The translations under genes and the position numbers were made by a program. Of a stretch of DNA of 33,248 bases, positions 17,419 through 26,406 are shown piece by piece (the first letter of the stretch is position 1; every line of letters starts with the position of its first letter). Source of the DNA: a virus (lineage: Duplodnaviria > Caudoviricetes); the IMG/VR virus record IMGVR_UViG_3300030107_004400, positions 1-33,248 of that record, one strand, 5' to 3'. The notes below the pieces were generated by a model that was not told the origin of the DNA, made no database searches, and saw only the letters and a list, made by a program, of their open reading frames with translations.

Positions 17419-17448
17419 TTGTATTTATATTTTACATATATGTATATT
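17419..17448 (+). promoter_or_regulatory. Candidate rightward sigma70 promoter
   Basis: TTGTAT-18 nt-TATATT, 10 nt before ATG 17459 with no SD (near-leaderless). Confidence 0.4.
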
Positions 17449-17458
17449 CTTACCAGTA

Positions 17459-17695
17459 ATGAATAAAAGTAGTAAACGTTTGGCTATGCGGCATTGCGCC
17501 AATTGGGATGCAGGAAAGTGTCTTGGTGCATTAATTCGCTATGTCAAAGGGCAAGGACTAATAACAATCATAGACAGCGACATGCACGGTAAAGAATGTT
17601 TTATAGACGAGGAATGTTCTTATTTTGAAAATACAGTAAAACCAGGGATACCAGTTGAAAAAACGTACGAAAGAAGAAGAAAAGTATATAAGTAA
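17459..17695 (+). CDS. Hypothetical Cys-containing protein
   Basis: HCANW..GKCLG...C....CSYFE..V.PGI; first gene of the right arm. Confidence 0.75.
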   Translation: MNKSSKRLAMRHCANWDAGKCLGALIRYVKGQGLITIIDSDMHGKECFIDEECSYFENTVKPGIPVEKTYERRRKVYK

Positions 17696-17819
17696 GGTTA
17701 AGAGAGCTAAAAAACTAATAGAAGATGCCATTAGTAGAAGGAAACCTGCTCACGTAACTTATATACCTGGTTCTTCACCTGTATGGGCTGACTACAATAG
17801 CGATGAGGAAAATAAATGA
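17655..17819 (+). CDS. 54 aa hypothetical protein (not in ORF track)
   Basis: TTG start with AGGGA SD; ends with an ATGA overlap on the next gene. Confidence 0.5.
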   Translation: MKKRTKEEEKYISKVKRAKKLIEDAISRRKPAHVTYIPGSSPVWADYNSDEENK

Positions 17820-18121
17820 AAATAGACATAGGTGGACACAATTACAGTATAAAGACAATGAAAAATCAAACTACAGGCAAAGAAGGTAATATGTTGCTTG
17901 GTAGGCATGATGTTAAGGAATGTGAGATTTATTTAGATGAAGATATGACTCATTCCAGAACAGTAGAAACATTTATGCATGAGATTTTGCACGTTATTCT
18001 TACAAATACTGGTAATAGTCACGACGAAGGACTAATAGATGGAGTATCAAATGGGTTACTTCAATTAGGTGTAGCAGATTATTTATGGAAAAAAGCAAAA
18101 AATTCTAAAACAAGCAAATGA
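17816..18121 (+). CDS. Small zincin-type metallopeptidase-like protein
   Basis: ETFMHEILHVIL (HExxH) and a downstream HDE ligand. Confidence 0.8.
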   Translation: MKIDIGGHNYSIKTMKNQTTGKEGNMLLGRHDVKECEIYLDEDMTHSRTVETFMHEILHVILTNTGNSHDEGLIDGVSNGLLQLGVADYLWKKAKNSKTSK

Positions 18122-18181
18122 TAAAACTATATTATAAGATAGAAGCTTATATAATTAGATTTATTATTAGGAGACTAAAAA

Positions 18182-18904
18182 ATGGCAAAATGGTCTGAAG
18201 AAGAAATAGCGATGCTTGCTCCGTACGAGACTTCGAATAAAAGTTCGTATGTATTGTATACGGAAATGCGGCGAGCTGGCTTTAATAGGACGTATAAAGC
18301 TGTAACAAGGAAAATAGATAGCTTAGGTCTTAGAAAGCCTAGTAGCTATACTACTGGTCAAGAAAAAAAGCTAGGTTACCTAGATATAGAAACTACTAGC
18401 TTAAAAGCTAATGTTGGTATTATGTTATCGTGGGCAATTAAAAAAAGAGATACAAATGATATTTCTTCTGCTTTAATTACAAAAGAAGAGATATTTGATG
18501 GAGACTATGATAATAGGATTGTAGAACAACTATGTGAAGAATTAAATAACTATGATACTATTTTCACATATTATGGTACTCGCTTTGATATACCATTTAT
18601 TAGGACTAGAGCTATAGACAATAATATTCGTTTCCCTATGTATCGTGAAGTAACACATAAGGACTTATATTATCACGTAAGGTCTAAGTTAAGATTAAGT
18701 TCAAATTCTTTAAAAACTGCAACAGAGTTTATGGGTATAAGAGGGAAAACCAAATTAGACCCTAGGGTATGGCGAAATGCGGCTTATGGCGACCAAAAGT
18801 CTTTAGAGATTGTTTTACATCATAATATTGCTGATGTTGCTATACTTGAAAGATTGCATAAAAAGATAGAAGACTATTGTCCTCCAACTGTGGTGCCAAT
18901 ATAA
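18182..18904 (+). CDS. DEDD (RNase H-like) 3'-5' exonuclease with N-terminal Myb/HTH-like domain
   Basis: KWSEEEIAML N-domain; YLDIETT, YYGTRFDIPFI, HNIADV catalytic motifs. Confidence 0.85.
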   Translation: MAKWSEEEIAMLAPYETSNKSSYVLYTEMRRAGFNRTYKAVTRKIDSLGLRKPSSYTTGQEKKLGYLDIETTSLKANVGIMLSWAIKKRDTNDISSALITKEEIFDGDYDNRIVEQLCEELNNYDTIFTYYGTRFDIPFIRTRAIDNNIRFPMYREVTHKDLYYHVRSKLRLSSNSLKTATEFMGIRGKTKLDPRVWRNAAYGDQKSLEIVLHHNIADVAILERLHKKIEDYCPPTVVPI

Positions 18905-19155
18905 TGTCTAAAGTAAAAAGAAAAAAACCAAAAAAATGGTATGAGCAAAACATTACTACTTTAATGACTAATATGGGTATTCTTATTAACCGATTGCATT
19001 CTTTAGAGTCAACTATTGGTATGTATATTGAAATGAAAAAAGATGGGGAGAAACTTAAAAAGTACATAGAAAATAAAATAGAAATTGAAAATAAGAAGAA
19101 TAAAAAGCAAGATTCACAGACTGTACAAAAACAAGCAGGAATATCAAAAGGATAG
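18904..19155 (+). CDS. Hypothetical basic coiled-coil protein
   Basis: TAATG-coupled start MSKVKRKK. Confidence 0.65.
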   Translation: MSKVKRKKPKKWYEQNITTLMTNMGILINRLHSLESTIGMYIEMKKDGEKLKKYIENKIEIENKKNKKQDSQTVQKQAGISKG

Positions 19156-19828
19156 CGACGCTCCTTTAATTCCTTGGCGTGAAGGCAAAACAGGAGATTG
19201 GGTAGTTGCTGATGACGGACAAATATGTGAAGTATTAAAAGATGGAATGCTAACTAATGGTAATGTAAGATATATAAGAACAGTTATTGGTTCTTTTATA
19301 TGCAAAGACAATATTGAAATGAAGGGGGAAATGCGTAAAAACATATACTCCTTCAGTTCAAAGGATTTAACTGCTAGGGAAACTGTTGTAGAAAGAAAAG
19401 AGCCTACAACAAAAGAGTTTATGTTTGCAAAGTATGTTGCACAAGGAATGGACTTAGTTGAATCTTTTTTAAAGGCATTTCCTACGGATAACGTAAAACA
19501 CGCTGAACAACAATCTAGATTATTATTAAAACAGGATAGGATAAAAAATTTGATTAGAGAAGAAATAGATAAAATTATGAATGAAGCGGAGATTACTCCG
19601 TTATATCTTTTAGAAAAAATGAAAGAGATAGTAGAAAAGCCAGATGCAAAAGATAGCGATAAAATAAATGTCTTAAAAGAATTAATAGATGTTGCTGGTA
19701 TGAAAGATAAAAATACAAAGCAAGAGTCTATAACTTTGTTTCAAGGGTTTAGTCAGGAGCAATTAGATGCAATTAATAGAGATGACACAAAGAAACTTGC
19801 AAGCGCTAAAAGAGAAATTACACAATAA
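19085..19828 (+). CDS. terS: Terminase small subunit-like protein with N-terminal extension
   Basis: KEFMFAKYVAQG...AF...SRLLLK..IK..I HTH followed by oligomerisation helices; upstream of TerL; TTG start. Confidence 0.65.
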   Translation: MKIRRIKSKIHRLYKNKQEYQKDSDAPLIPWREGKTGDWVVADDGQICEVLKDGMLTNGNVRYIRTVIGSFICKDNIEMKGEMRKNIYSFSSKDLTARETVVERKEPTTKEFMFAKYVAQGMDLVESFLKAFPTDNVKHAEQQSRLLLKQDRIKNLIREEIDKIMNEAEITPLYLLEKMKEIVEKPDAKDSDKINVLKELIDVAGMKDKNTKQESITLFQGFSQEQLDAINRDDTKKLASAKREITQ

Positions 19829-19997
19829 GCGTTGTGATATATGTTATCACAGTATGATAAAGTATTCGGCGCCTATAATTAAACATGGGAAAGAATCAAA
19901 GCTTTCTAGTATACAATGTATGACTTGTTTGACAGTATATAATAATAATTTAGAAATTGAATGGATAGGTATAAGTGAAATAGAGGGAGACGCATAG
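19767..19997 (+). CDS. Small zinc-ribbon protein
   Basis: CDIC...CMTC; start uncertain. Confidence 0.6.
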   Translation: MQLIEMTQRNLQALKEKLHNKRCDICYHSMIKYSAPIIKHGKESKLSSIQCMTCLTVYNNNLEIEWIGISEIEGDA

Positions 19998-20338
19998 TGT
20001 ATATAGCTGCTTATGGAACATTAAGAAATTATAATAACCAAAAAGGAAAGGTTAAAGACTATAGATTAATATTAGCTAGTAACTTTACATTTCCAGCTGC
20101 AATTCCATATAAAGACGAGGAAATTACTGTAGAATTAAATCCAGTAGAAGATTGGGAATTAGGAGGATTTGATGCTTATGAGAATACAGGCGGAGGACTA
20201 TATACTAGAAAAAAAGTAAATGTTTTAACAGATGATGGGGATAAAGAGGCGTGGATGTATGTTGCAGGCCCTGCTTTTATTCAATATCAAAATGTATTTA
20301 GGAAAGTACCTAACAATGATTGGGAATGTCAAACGTAA
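19997..20338 (+). CDS. Gamma-glutamylcyclotransferase (AIG2-like)
   Basis: AYGTLR, FPAA, DAYE (catalytic Glu position), LYTR..V, AWMYV. Confidence 0.88.
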   Translation: MYIAAYGTLRNYNNQKGKVKDYRLILASNFTFPAAIPYKDEEITVELNPVEDWELGGFDAYENTGGGLYTRKKVNVLTDDGDKEAWMYVAGPAFIQYQNVFRKVPNNDWECQT

Positions 20339-21891
20339 TAACATCTAATTTAAAAGATAAAGACAGAATACTAGAACTAGGTAGTAGAGATATTATGTCA
20401 TTTGGTCAAATGTTTTTGCCAGATGATTTTATGAAAAGTACACCTGCCCCTTATCACTTTGAATTAAATGATACATTACTTGACGTTAATAAAAAAAGAT
20501 GTTGTATAATACTTCCTAGGGGTCATTGCAAGTCTACATTAGCAAAAACTGCTTTATTATATAAACTATACTATAATCCACAAGGAATGAACGAATTTAT
20601 AGCTTGGGTTTCCGAGGAGCAGTCACAGGCTATTGACCATATAAAATATATACAATCACATATAGAACATAATCCTGCTTTATTATATTATTTTGGAGAT
20701 ATTAAAGGCAGTAAATGGACAGAAAAAGAATTTACTACTGCTAAAGGCGATAGGATAATTGCTAAAGGTACTAACCAGAGATTGCGTGGTAGGTCTGAAA
20801 TTGGATTAAGATATACAAAAATTGTTTTAGATGACTTTGAATCAGAACTTAATACTAAAACTCCTGATAGAAGAAGAGAAATTAAAGAGTGGGTTATGTC
20901 TACAGTAGAGCCTGCATTAGAAGAGTCCAAAGGTAGGGAAGGAGAGGTATGGTTAATCGGCACTATCGTACATTATGATTCTTTTCTACAGAGTATATAC
21001 GATGGATATGAAACTGCTAAAAAAGAAAAACGTAAGTATGCTTGGGAAGTTATCTATCATAAGGCAATGGAAAATGGGAGTGCCTTATGGCCTTCATACT
21101 TCTCAAAAGAAAAATTAGAGGGGATTAGAAGTAGATTTGAGGATATGGGGCTTGTTCATAAGTATGCTCAAGAATATATGAATGAAGCTCGTGATATTGA
21201 CAGTTTAAAGTTTAAAGTAGATAGACTGCAAAATTATAGTGGTGAATTTAAAGAGAATAATGGTTTTGCTTATATTGTTACAAAAGACGATGCTATTCCA
21301 ATTAATGTTTATGTTGGAGTAGACTTAGCCTATGAATCAGGTCAAAAGCATGACTATCAAATAATAATGGTTGTTGGTATTGATTCGGATAAAAACTACT
21401 ATGTAATTGACTATTATAGAGAACATTCTCCATTATATGAAATGCCTAGTAATATACTAGAGTATTGTAAAAGATATTCTCCAGTAAAAAGAGCTAGTGT
21501 AGAGTCTGTAGGTGCTCAGGGAGTTATAAAAGATGCAGTAAGAGAGTTGTCAGGTCAAGATAAAAAGTTTATGCCTGGAATTATAAGAGGGAAAAAGCCG
21601 CCAGCTAGAATTAAAAAAGAAGACAGGATAGAGTCCTTATTATGTCCTATCGTTAATAGAAAGAAAATGTTTATAAGAAAAGAGCATACAGAGTTATTTG
21701 ATGAAATGTTTCAATTTCCTAAGTCTAAACACGATGACTTACTAGATGGACTTTGGTATGCTTGTATAAATTCAAGAGCGCCTTTAAGTAGAAAGTTTAA
21801 TGCTACAGACTTTAAAGATAATAAAAAAAGAAATTTAGAAGTTTCCTCTAAAAAGAGAGTTATCAATTGGATAACAGGGTTAAGAGACTAA
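20326..21891 (+). CDS. terL: Terminase large subunit
   Basis: Walker A PRGHCKST, LRG, Walker B IVLDDFE, IGT, QEYMN; nuclease VGVDLA and HDDLLDGL. Confidence 0.96.
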   Translation: MSNVITSNLKDKDRILELGSRDIMSFGQMFLPDDFMKSTPAPYHFELNDTLLDVNKKRCCIILPRGHCKSTLAKTALLYKLYYNPQGMNEFIAWVSEEQSQAIDHIKYIQSHIEHNPALLYYFGDIKGSKWTEKEFTTAKGDRIIAKGTNQRLRGRSEIGLRYTKIVLDDFESELNTKTPDRRREIKEWVMSTVEPALEESKGREGEVWLIGTIVHYDSFLQSIYDGYETAKKEKRKYAWEVIYHKAMENGSALWPSYFSKEKLEGIRSRFEDMGLVHKYAQEYMNEARDIDSLKFKVDRLQNYSGEFKENNGFAYIVTKDDAIPINVYVGVDLAYESGQKHDYQIIMVVGIDSDKNYYVIDYYREHSPLYEMPSNILEYCKRYSPVKRASVESVGAQGVIKDAVRELSGQDKKFMPGIIRGKKPPARIKKEDRIESLLCPIVNRKKMFIRKEHTELFDEMFQFPKSKHDDLLDGLWYACINSRAPLSRKFNATDFKDNKKRNLEVSSKKRVINWITGLRD

Positions 21892-21898
21892 AAAAGTG

Positions 21899-21927
21899 TT
21901 GACAAATAGAGATTTTGATATTATATT
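21899..21927 (+). promoter_or_regulatory. Near-consensus sigma70 promoter
   Basis: TTGACA-17 nt-TATATT between terL and the 21955 gene. Confidence 0.75.
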
Positions 21928-21954
21928 ATATATAGTTTAATAATAGGGAGTAAA

Positions 21955-22230
21955 ATGCGTGTAATAAAAATAATCTGCGGTGGTTTAATATTTTTTAGTT
22001 TCTTACAAGGGGCTGATAGTCTTTCTGTTAAAAGCGCCAAAAAAGATTCTATTTCTTATGTTAAGAAAAATAAAAAGAAATCTTTAGTTTCCTTTAAAAG
22101 AGTATTTGGCGTAAGTGAAATACCAGCGCCATCTCTAAAAAAAGAAGAAACAAAAGCAAGTAAAGATAAATGTTGTAGCAAATCTTTAAAGTCTAGTAGA
22201 AAAAAAATTAAAACCAAGAGAGGTTCGTAA
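21955..22230 (+). CDS. Lys-rich protein with predicted signal peptide
   Basis: MRVIKIICGGLIFFSFLQGA followed by a K/S-rich body; GGGAG SD. Confidence 0.7.
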   Translation: MRVIKIICGGLIFFSFLQGADSLSVKSAKKDSISYVKKNKKKSLVSFKRVFGVSEIPAPSLKKEETKASKDKCCSKSLKSSRKKIKTKRGS

Positions 22231-24254
22231 TAGCAGAATATAATTTAGAAGAACAAAAGAAAAAGGCTGAAAGGTCTTTAGAAACTTTTAGAAGATGGAG
22301 AGATTCCAGAGAAGATTGGGACACAGAAGCCAGACATTCTATAGATTTTGTTCTAGGTAATCATTACACGTCAGAAGAATCTGATGCTTTATCTGCTGTT
22401 GGACAGGCAGATTTTGTTATTGACCGAGTATATGCTGCTGTTGATAAGTTAAAATCTTTATTAACTTCCCAGTCTCCAAGATTTACAGCAATAGGGAGGG
22501 AAGATTCAGATAATCGTTTAGCTATGGTCTGGCGAACGATTTTAGAGTATATTTGGGATATATCAGATGGAAGTACTCAGTTCAAACAAGCAGTTCATGA
22601 CTATGCAGTAGCAGGTCTTGGATATTTTTACGTTTATACAGACCCAGAAGCAGATTATGGTAGAGGTGAAGTTAAATTCACTTATGTAGACCCATTTAGA
22701 ATATATGTCGACCCTGCATCAAGAGATAGATACTATGATGATGCAACAGCATTAATTCTTTCTACAGTTATTACTAGAGGTCAGCTTCTTGATTTATACC
22801 CCTCCCTAGAAGAATTTATTGGGGAGATAGAGCCTATGAGCTGGGAAGAGGATTATCCAGATTCTTCAATGAAAAACTCAGCGAATGCTTTTACTCCTGA
22901 TGTGGTAAAAGATTATGATTATGGAAATCAAGGCGACAAATATAGAATATTAGAGCATTTTGAAAAAGTAAAAATACCTTTTTATAGGATATTTGATTCT
23001 CAGACTGGAGCAGAAAAGATTGTTGACTCTGAGCAAATGCAAATGATGATGACTCAAAGTCCAGAAGTTTTTGAAAAGGGGCTGGTGCAAGCGGTTGAAG
23101 TCCTACAAACACGTATAAAAATAACTTGCTCCGTTGGTTCTTATATACTTTATGAACGTATATTAAACTCTGATTGTTACCCAATTGTGCCAGTTCCGAA
23201 TATTTGGACAAATACTCCTTATCCAAAGTCAGATGTTAGTAAGGTAAAAGACTCTCAGAGATTATTAAATAAATTATTTAGCTTAACTTTATCTCATGCA
23301 CAGTCTTCAGCAGGCTTAAAGCTTTTAGTGCCTGAAGGAAGTGTTAATGATGTTAAAAGATTAGAAATGGATTGGGCAAATCCAAATGCAGTTATTGAAT
23401 ATAACCCAGAATTTGGTGAGCCGCATTTTCCACAGCCATCTCCATTGGCTTCAGAGTTTTATCATTTAATAGATAGAGTTGAGCATTATATAGATTTAAA
23501 CTTTGGTATACCAGAGTTAATGCAAGGATTTAAAGATGCAGCCCCAGATACAGTAAGGGGAACTGCTATGCTATCTGAAATGGGAGAGAGTAGAGGTAAA
23601 TCTAAGTTAAGAGATATAGAAGGTAGTTTAGCTAGATTAGGAAAAGTTTTATATGACTTTGCTAAAGGTCATTATACTTATCAAAAAACATTTAGAGTTG
23701 TTCAGCCTAATAATGATATGACTGAATTTACTGTTAATACTAGAATGTATGATGATAAGCAACAAGAATTAATGTCAATTGAGAACGATATTTCAATCGG
23801 TCAACATGACGTTCGTATTATATCAGGTTCAACTTTGCCAAGTAATAAAATTGCTGAATACAATATGTATTTAGAGGCTTATAAGTTGAATTTGGTAGAT
23901 GATGTCGAGGTTTTAAAGAAAACTGAAATCTTTGACAAAGAAGGCGTTTTGAAGCGTAAGGGAATGTTAATGCAGTTGCAAGGACAGCTGGAATCAGCAT
24001 CAAAGCAGATTAAAAAACTTGAGGGAGACCTTCAGACAGCAGAGCGTGAAACACGTCATGCTAGACAGAGAGCTGAACTTGAGAAGTTTAAAGGGGATAT
24101 TGGTGATATTACACAAAAGTCGAAATATGCTGAAAAAGTAAACATCAATAAACTAGATACTGCAGTCACAAAAGCAATTGCCAAAGAAGAACTTAAGATT
24201 CAAAAGCAGATGATGGAGAATAGAATGCCCCAAGCTGGGGGAGAAGTTTCATAA
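22230..24254 (+). CDS. Portal protein (P22-like), probable ATA start
   Basis: The frame is open from 22212. Portal-type N-terminus (W..EA...DF..GNHY...REDSD), YPIVP, KDSQRLLNK and a C-terminal coiled coil; lies between terL and the scaffold. Confidence 0.9.
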   Translation: MAEYNLEEQKKKAERSLETFRRWRDSREDWDTEARHSIDFVLGNHYTSEESDALSAVGQADFVIDRVYAAVDKLKSLLTSQSPRFTAIGREDSDNRLAMVWRTILEYIWDISDGSTQFKQAVHDYAVAGLGYFYVYTDPEADYGRGEVKFTYVDPFRIYVDPASRDRYYDDATALILSTVITRGQLLDLYPSLEEFIGEIEPMSWEEDYPDSSMKNSANAFTPDVVKDYDYGNQGDKYRILEHFEKVKIPFYRIFDSQTGAEKIVDSEQMQMMMTQSPEVFEKGLVQAVEVLQTRIKITCSVGSYILYERILNSDCYPIVPVPNIWTNTPYPKSDVSKVKDSQRLLNKLFSLTLSHAQSSAGLKLLVPEGSVNDVKRLEMDWANPNAVIEYNPEFGEPHFPQPSPLASEFYHLIDRVEHYIDLNFGIPELMQGFKDAAPDTVRGTAMLSEMGESRGKSKLRDIEGSLARLGKVLYDFAKGHYTYQKTFRVVQPNNDMTEFTVNTRMYDDKQQELMSIENDISIGQHDVRIISGSTLPSNKIAEYNMYLEAYKLNLVDDVEVLKKTEIFDKEGVLKRKGMLMQLQGQLESASKQIKKLEGDLQTAERETRHARQRAELEKFKGDIGDITQKSKYAEKVNINKLDTAVTKAIAKEELKIQKQMMENRMPQAGGEVS

Positions 24255-24326
24255 TATCTGGTTACGTCTCTTTTTAGGCATCATAAGGTGAAACTAAAAT
24301 AACAAGAGAAAATCAAAGGAAATAAT

Positions 24327-25040
24327 ATGGAAGAACAACAGAATATACAAGAACAGCAAGTTGCACAACCTGAAGCAGTAGAAGAAACTTCAGTAGATTG
24401 GCAAAACGAAAGTAAAAAGTTTCAATCTATGTATGATAGGCAAACTGCTGAAAATTCAAAGTTAAAAGAGCAAAATGGTAAATTCCAACAACTTGCTCAT
24501 ATGCTTGAAAGCAGACCAGATGTAGTTCAGGCTATGCGAGATAAGCTTTCAGGTGATACCCCAGCTCAAGAATCGACACCTAAAGTAGATGAAGATTCTT
24601 TTGACCCTTGGGAAGCGTATTCTAGACCAGGCTCTGAGTCTTACAAGCTCAGACAAAAAGAAAATGAAAAGCTTGTTAGTAATGCAGTTAAAAAACAAAT
24701 GGCTGGATTACAAATGCAAATGGGAATGCAGAACTTAAAAAATGAGTTAGGCTCTAAATATGGAATGACTGACCCAAAAGAAATTGATGAATTTGTAAAA
24801 TTTGCTATGACTCCAAAGGATAGAATTCCAATTGATACACTAGTAGATGTGTACAGAAAAAACAGGGGAGTAGAACAGCAAAATATGGGAGCAAATGAAA
24901 ATTTAGAAGCCACTCAAAGAGCTCAAGCAATTCCAAAATCTGCTGGCATTCTGCAAGGCGCAAAACCAGAACAGAAATCTAACTTAGATGATGTTTGGAA
25001 AAAGGTTGTGAATGCTGGAAGTCGAAGTAATGTTTTATAA
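24327..25040 (+). CDS. Capsid scaffolding protein
   Basis: Acidic/Gln-rich coiled coil between portal and capsid; KKFQSMYD and FDPWEAY motifs. Confidence 0.75.
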   Translation: MEEQQNIQEQQVAQPEAVEETSVDWQNESKKFQSMYDRQTAENSKLKEQNGKFQQLAHMLESRPDVVQAMRDKLSGDTPAQESTPKVDEDSFDPWEAYSRPGSESYKLRQKENEKLVSNAVKKQMAGLQMQMGMQNLKNELGSKYGMTDPKEIDEFVKFAMTPKDRIPIDTLVDVYRKNRGVEQQNMGANENLEATQRAQAIPKSAGILQGAKPEQKSNLDDVWKKVVNAGSRSNVL

Positions 25041-25064
25041 ATAAAATAATTAGGAGATAGTAAA

Positions 25065-26405
25065 ATGGCTACTTATAATGAGGGTCAAGTAAAATTTGGA
25101 ACTCCTGGTGCCGTTATCGATAGTACGATTCCGTCAAGGCGATTATATGACTTTAGTGATAGAGTCGCTGATTTAGCTCCAGAAGAGTCTCCATTTTTTG
25201 TATACTTGTCAAAAGTAGGAAAAGTTCCAACAACGGATAGTCAATTCCGATTTTTGGAAGATAGAACAAAAGTTTCTATTACAGATAGAAGCTTTTTAGT
25301 TAACACTGCAACAACAGCAGCTGCAGTAGGAAGCACTCAAACTTTTAAATTTGACACTTCAGGTGGAGCTAGTGTAGACTGGCTTATACCTGGAATGGTT
25401 GTTTCTATTGGAGAAGATGATGATTCCACAAGTCAACCTGAGTGGATTACAGTTAGAATTGAGTCTGTTTCTGATGCAGGTTCTTATACGAGCGCTGTTT
25501 GTCGAACTATAGCGGCAGCTAATGCTAGTGCGTTAGGTGTTGACGATGATTGTAAGGCTGTGGTTATAGGTACTTCCTTTGAGCAAGGTTCTGGAGCCCC
25601 AGATGTATGGTCTCAGCAACTTGATAATGATTACGGATATACCCAAATTTTTAAAACAGCTTGTGAGATGTCTAATACAGCTAGAGCTACTGTTTATCGT
25701 GGATATGAAGATGAATGGGATAGGTTGTGGAATCTTAAGTTAAGAGAACATAAAGTTGATATTGAAAGGGCAATGCTTTTTGGAATGAAGGCTTCTACTA
25801 ATGGTATTCAATATACTGATGGTATAGCAGGGCATATTATTGCAAACTCTCAATCTCAAGCAAAATTGGCTGGTGAACAACTTGAATATACAGAAGATAA
25901 ATCTTATTTAAAGTCAAATACAGCAGCTCAATGGACTTATGATGATATTTTAACTGATTTAGAAGTAATATTTGACCCTGCAAGGGGCGGAACCTCTTCT
26001 AAATTAGCCTTATGTTCATTGCCTGTTATTTCTCATTTTAATAAGATGGGTAATAACGGTTTTATTGACATATCAACAGATAGCACTCAGGCTAGATATA
26101 ATTTAGAACAATCTAATGGCGCTTTTGGACATAAAGTTATGAAAATTGAAACTATTCATGGTGACTTAACTCTTGTTAAAGAACCTTTGTTTAGAGGACA
26201 ATCAGCAGGTTTTATGTGTATGGTTGACTTAGACCATGTATCATATAGGCCTCTTGTTGGTAATGGTGTAAACCGAGATACTTCAATCACAACTAATGTG
26301 CAACAAGCTGACGAAGATTTACGTAAAGACATGATTCTTACAGAAGCAGGTCTTGAAGTTTCTCTTCCTGAAACGCATGCACTTATTAATTTGGAGGGTG
26401 TGTAA
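25065..26405 (+). CDS. Major capsid protein (HK97 fold, DUF5309/SU10-like)
   Basis: LAPEESPF, YTQIFKT, EHKVDIERAMLFG, E.GLEV..PE.HA; follows the scaffold; strong SD. Confidence 0.9.
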   Translation: MATYNEGQVKFGTPGAVIDSTIPSRRLYDFSDRVADLAPEESPFFVYLSKVGKVPTTDSQFRFLEDRTKVSITDRSFLVNTATTAAAVGSTQTFKFDTSGGASVDWLIPGMVVSIGEDDDSTSQPEWITVRIESVSDAGSYTSAVCRTIAAANASALGVDDDCKAVVIGTSFEQGSGAPDVWSQQLDNDYGYTQIFKTACEMSNTARATVYRGYEDEWDRLWNLKLREHKVDIERAMLFGMKASTNGIQYTDGIAGHIIANSQSQAKLAGEQLEYTEDKSYLKSNTAAQWTYDDILTDLEVIFDPARGGTSSKLALCSLPVISHFNKMGNNGFIDISTDSTQARYNLEQSNGAFGHKVMKIETIHGDLTLVKEPLFRGQSAGFMCMVDLDHVSYRPLVGNGVNRDTSITTNVQQADEDLRKDMILTEAGLEVSLPETHALINLEGV

Positions 26406-26406
26406 A

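Noticed and set aside
26353-26406. Programmed frameshift extending the major capsid into the next ORF
   Set aside because: The downstream gene has its own ATG (26407) with a GGAGG SD, and no convincing slippery site is visible.
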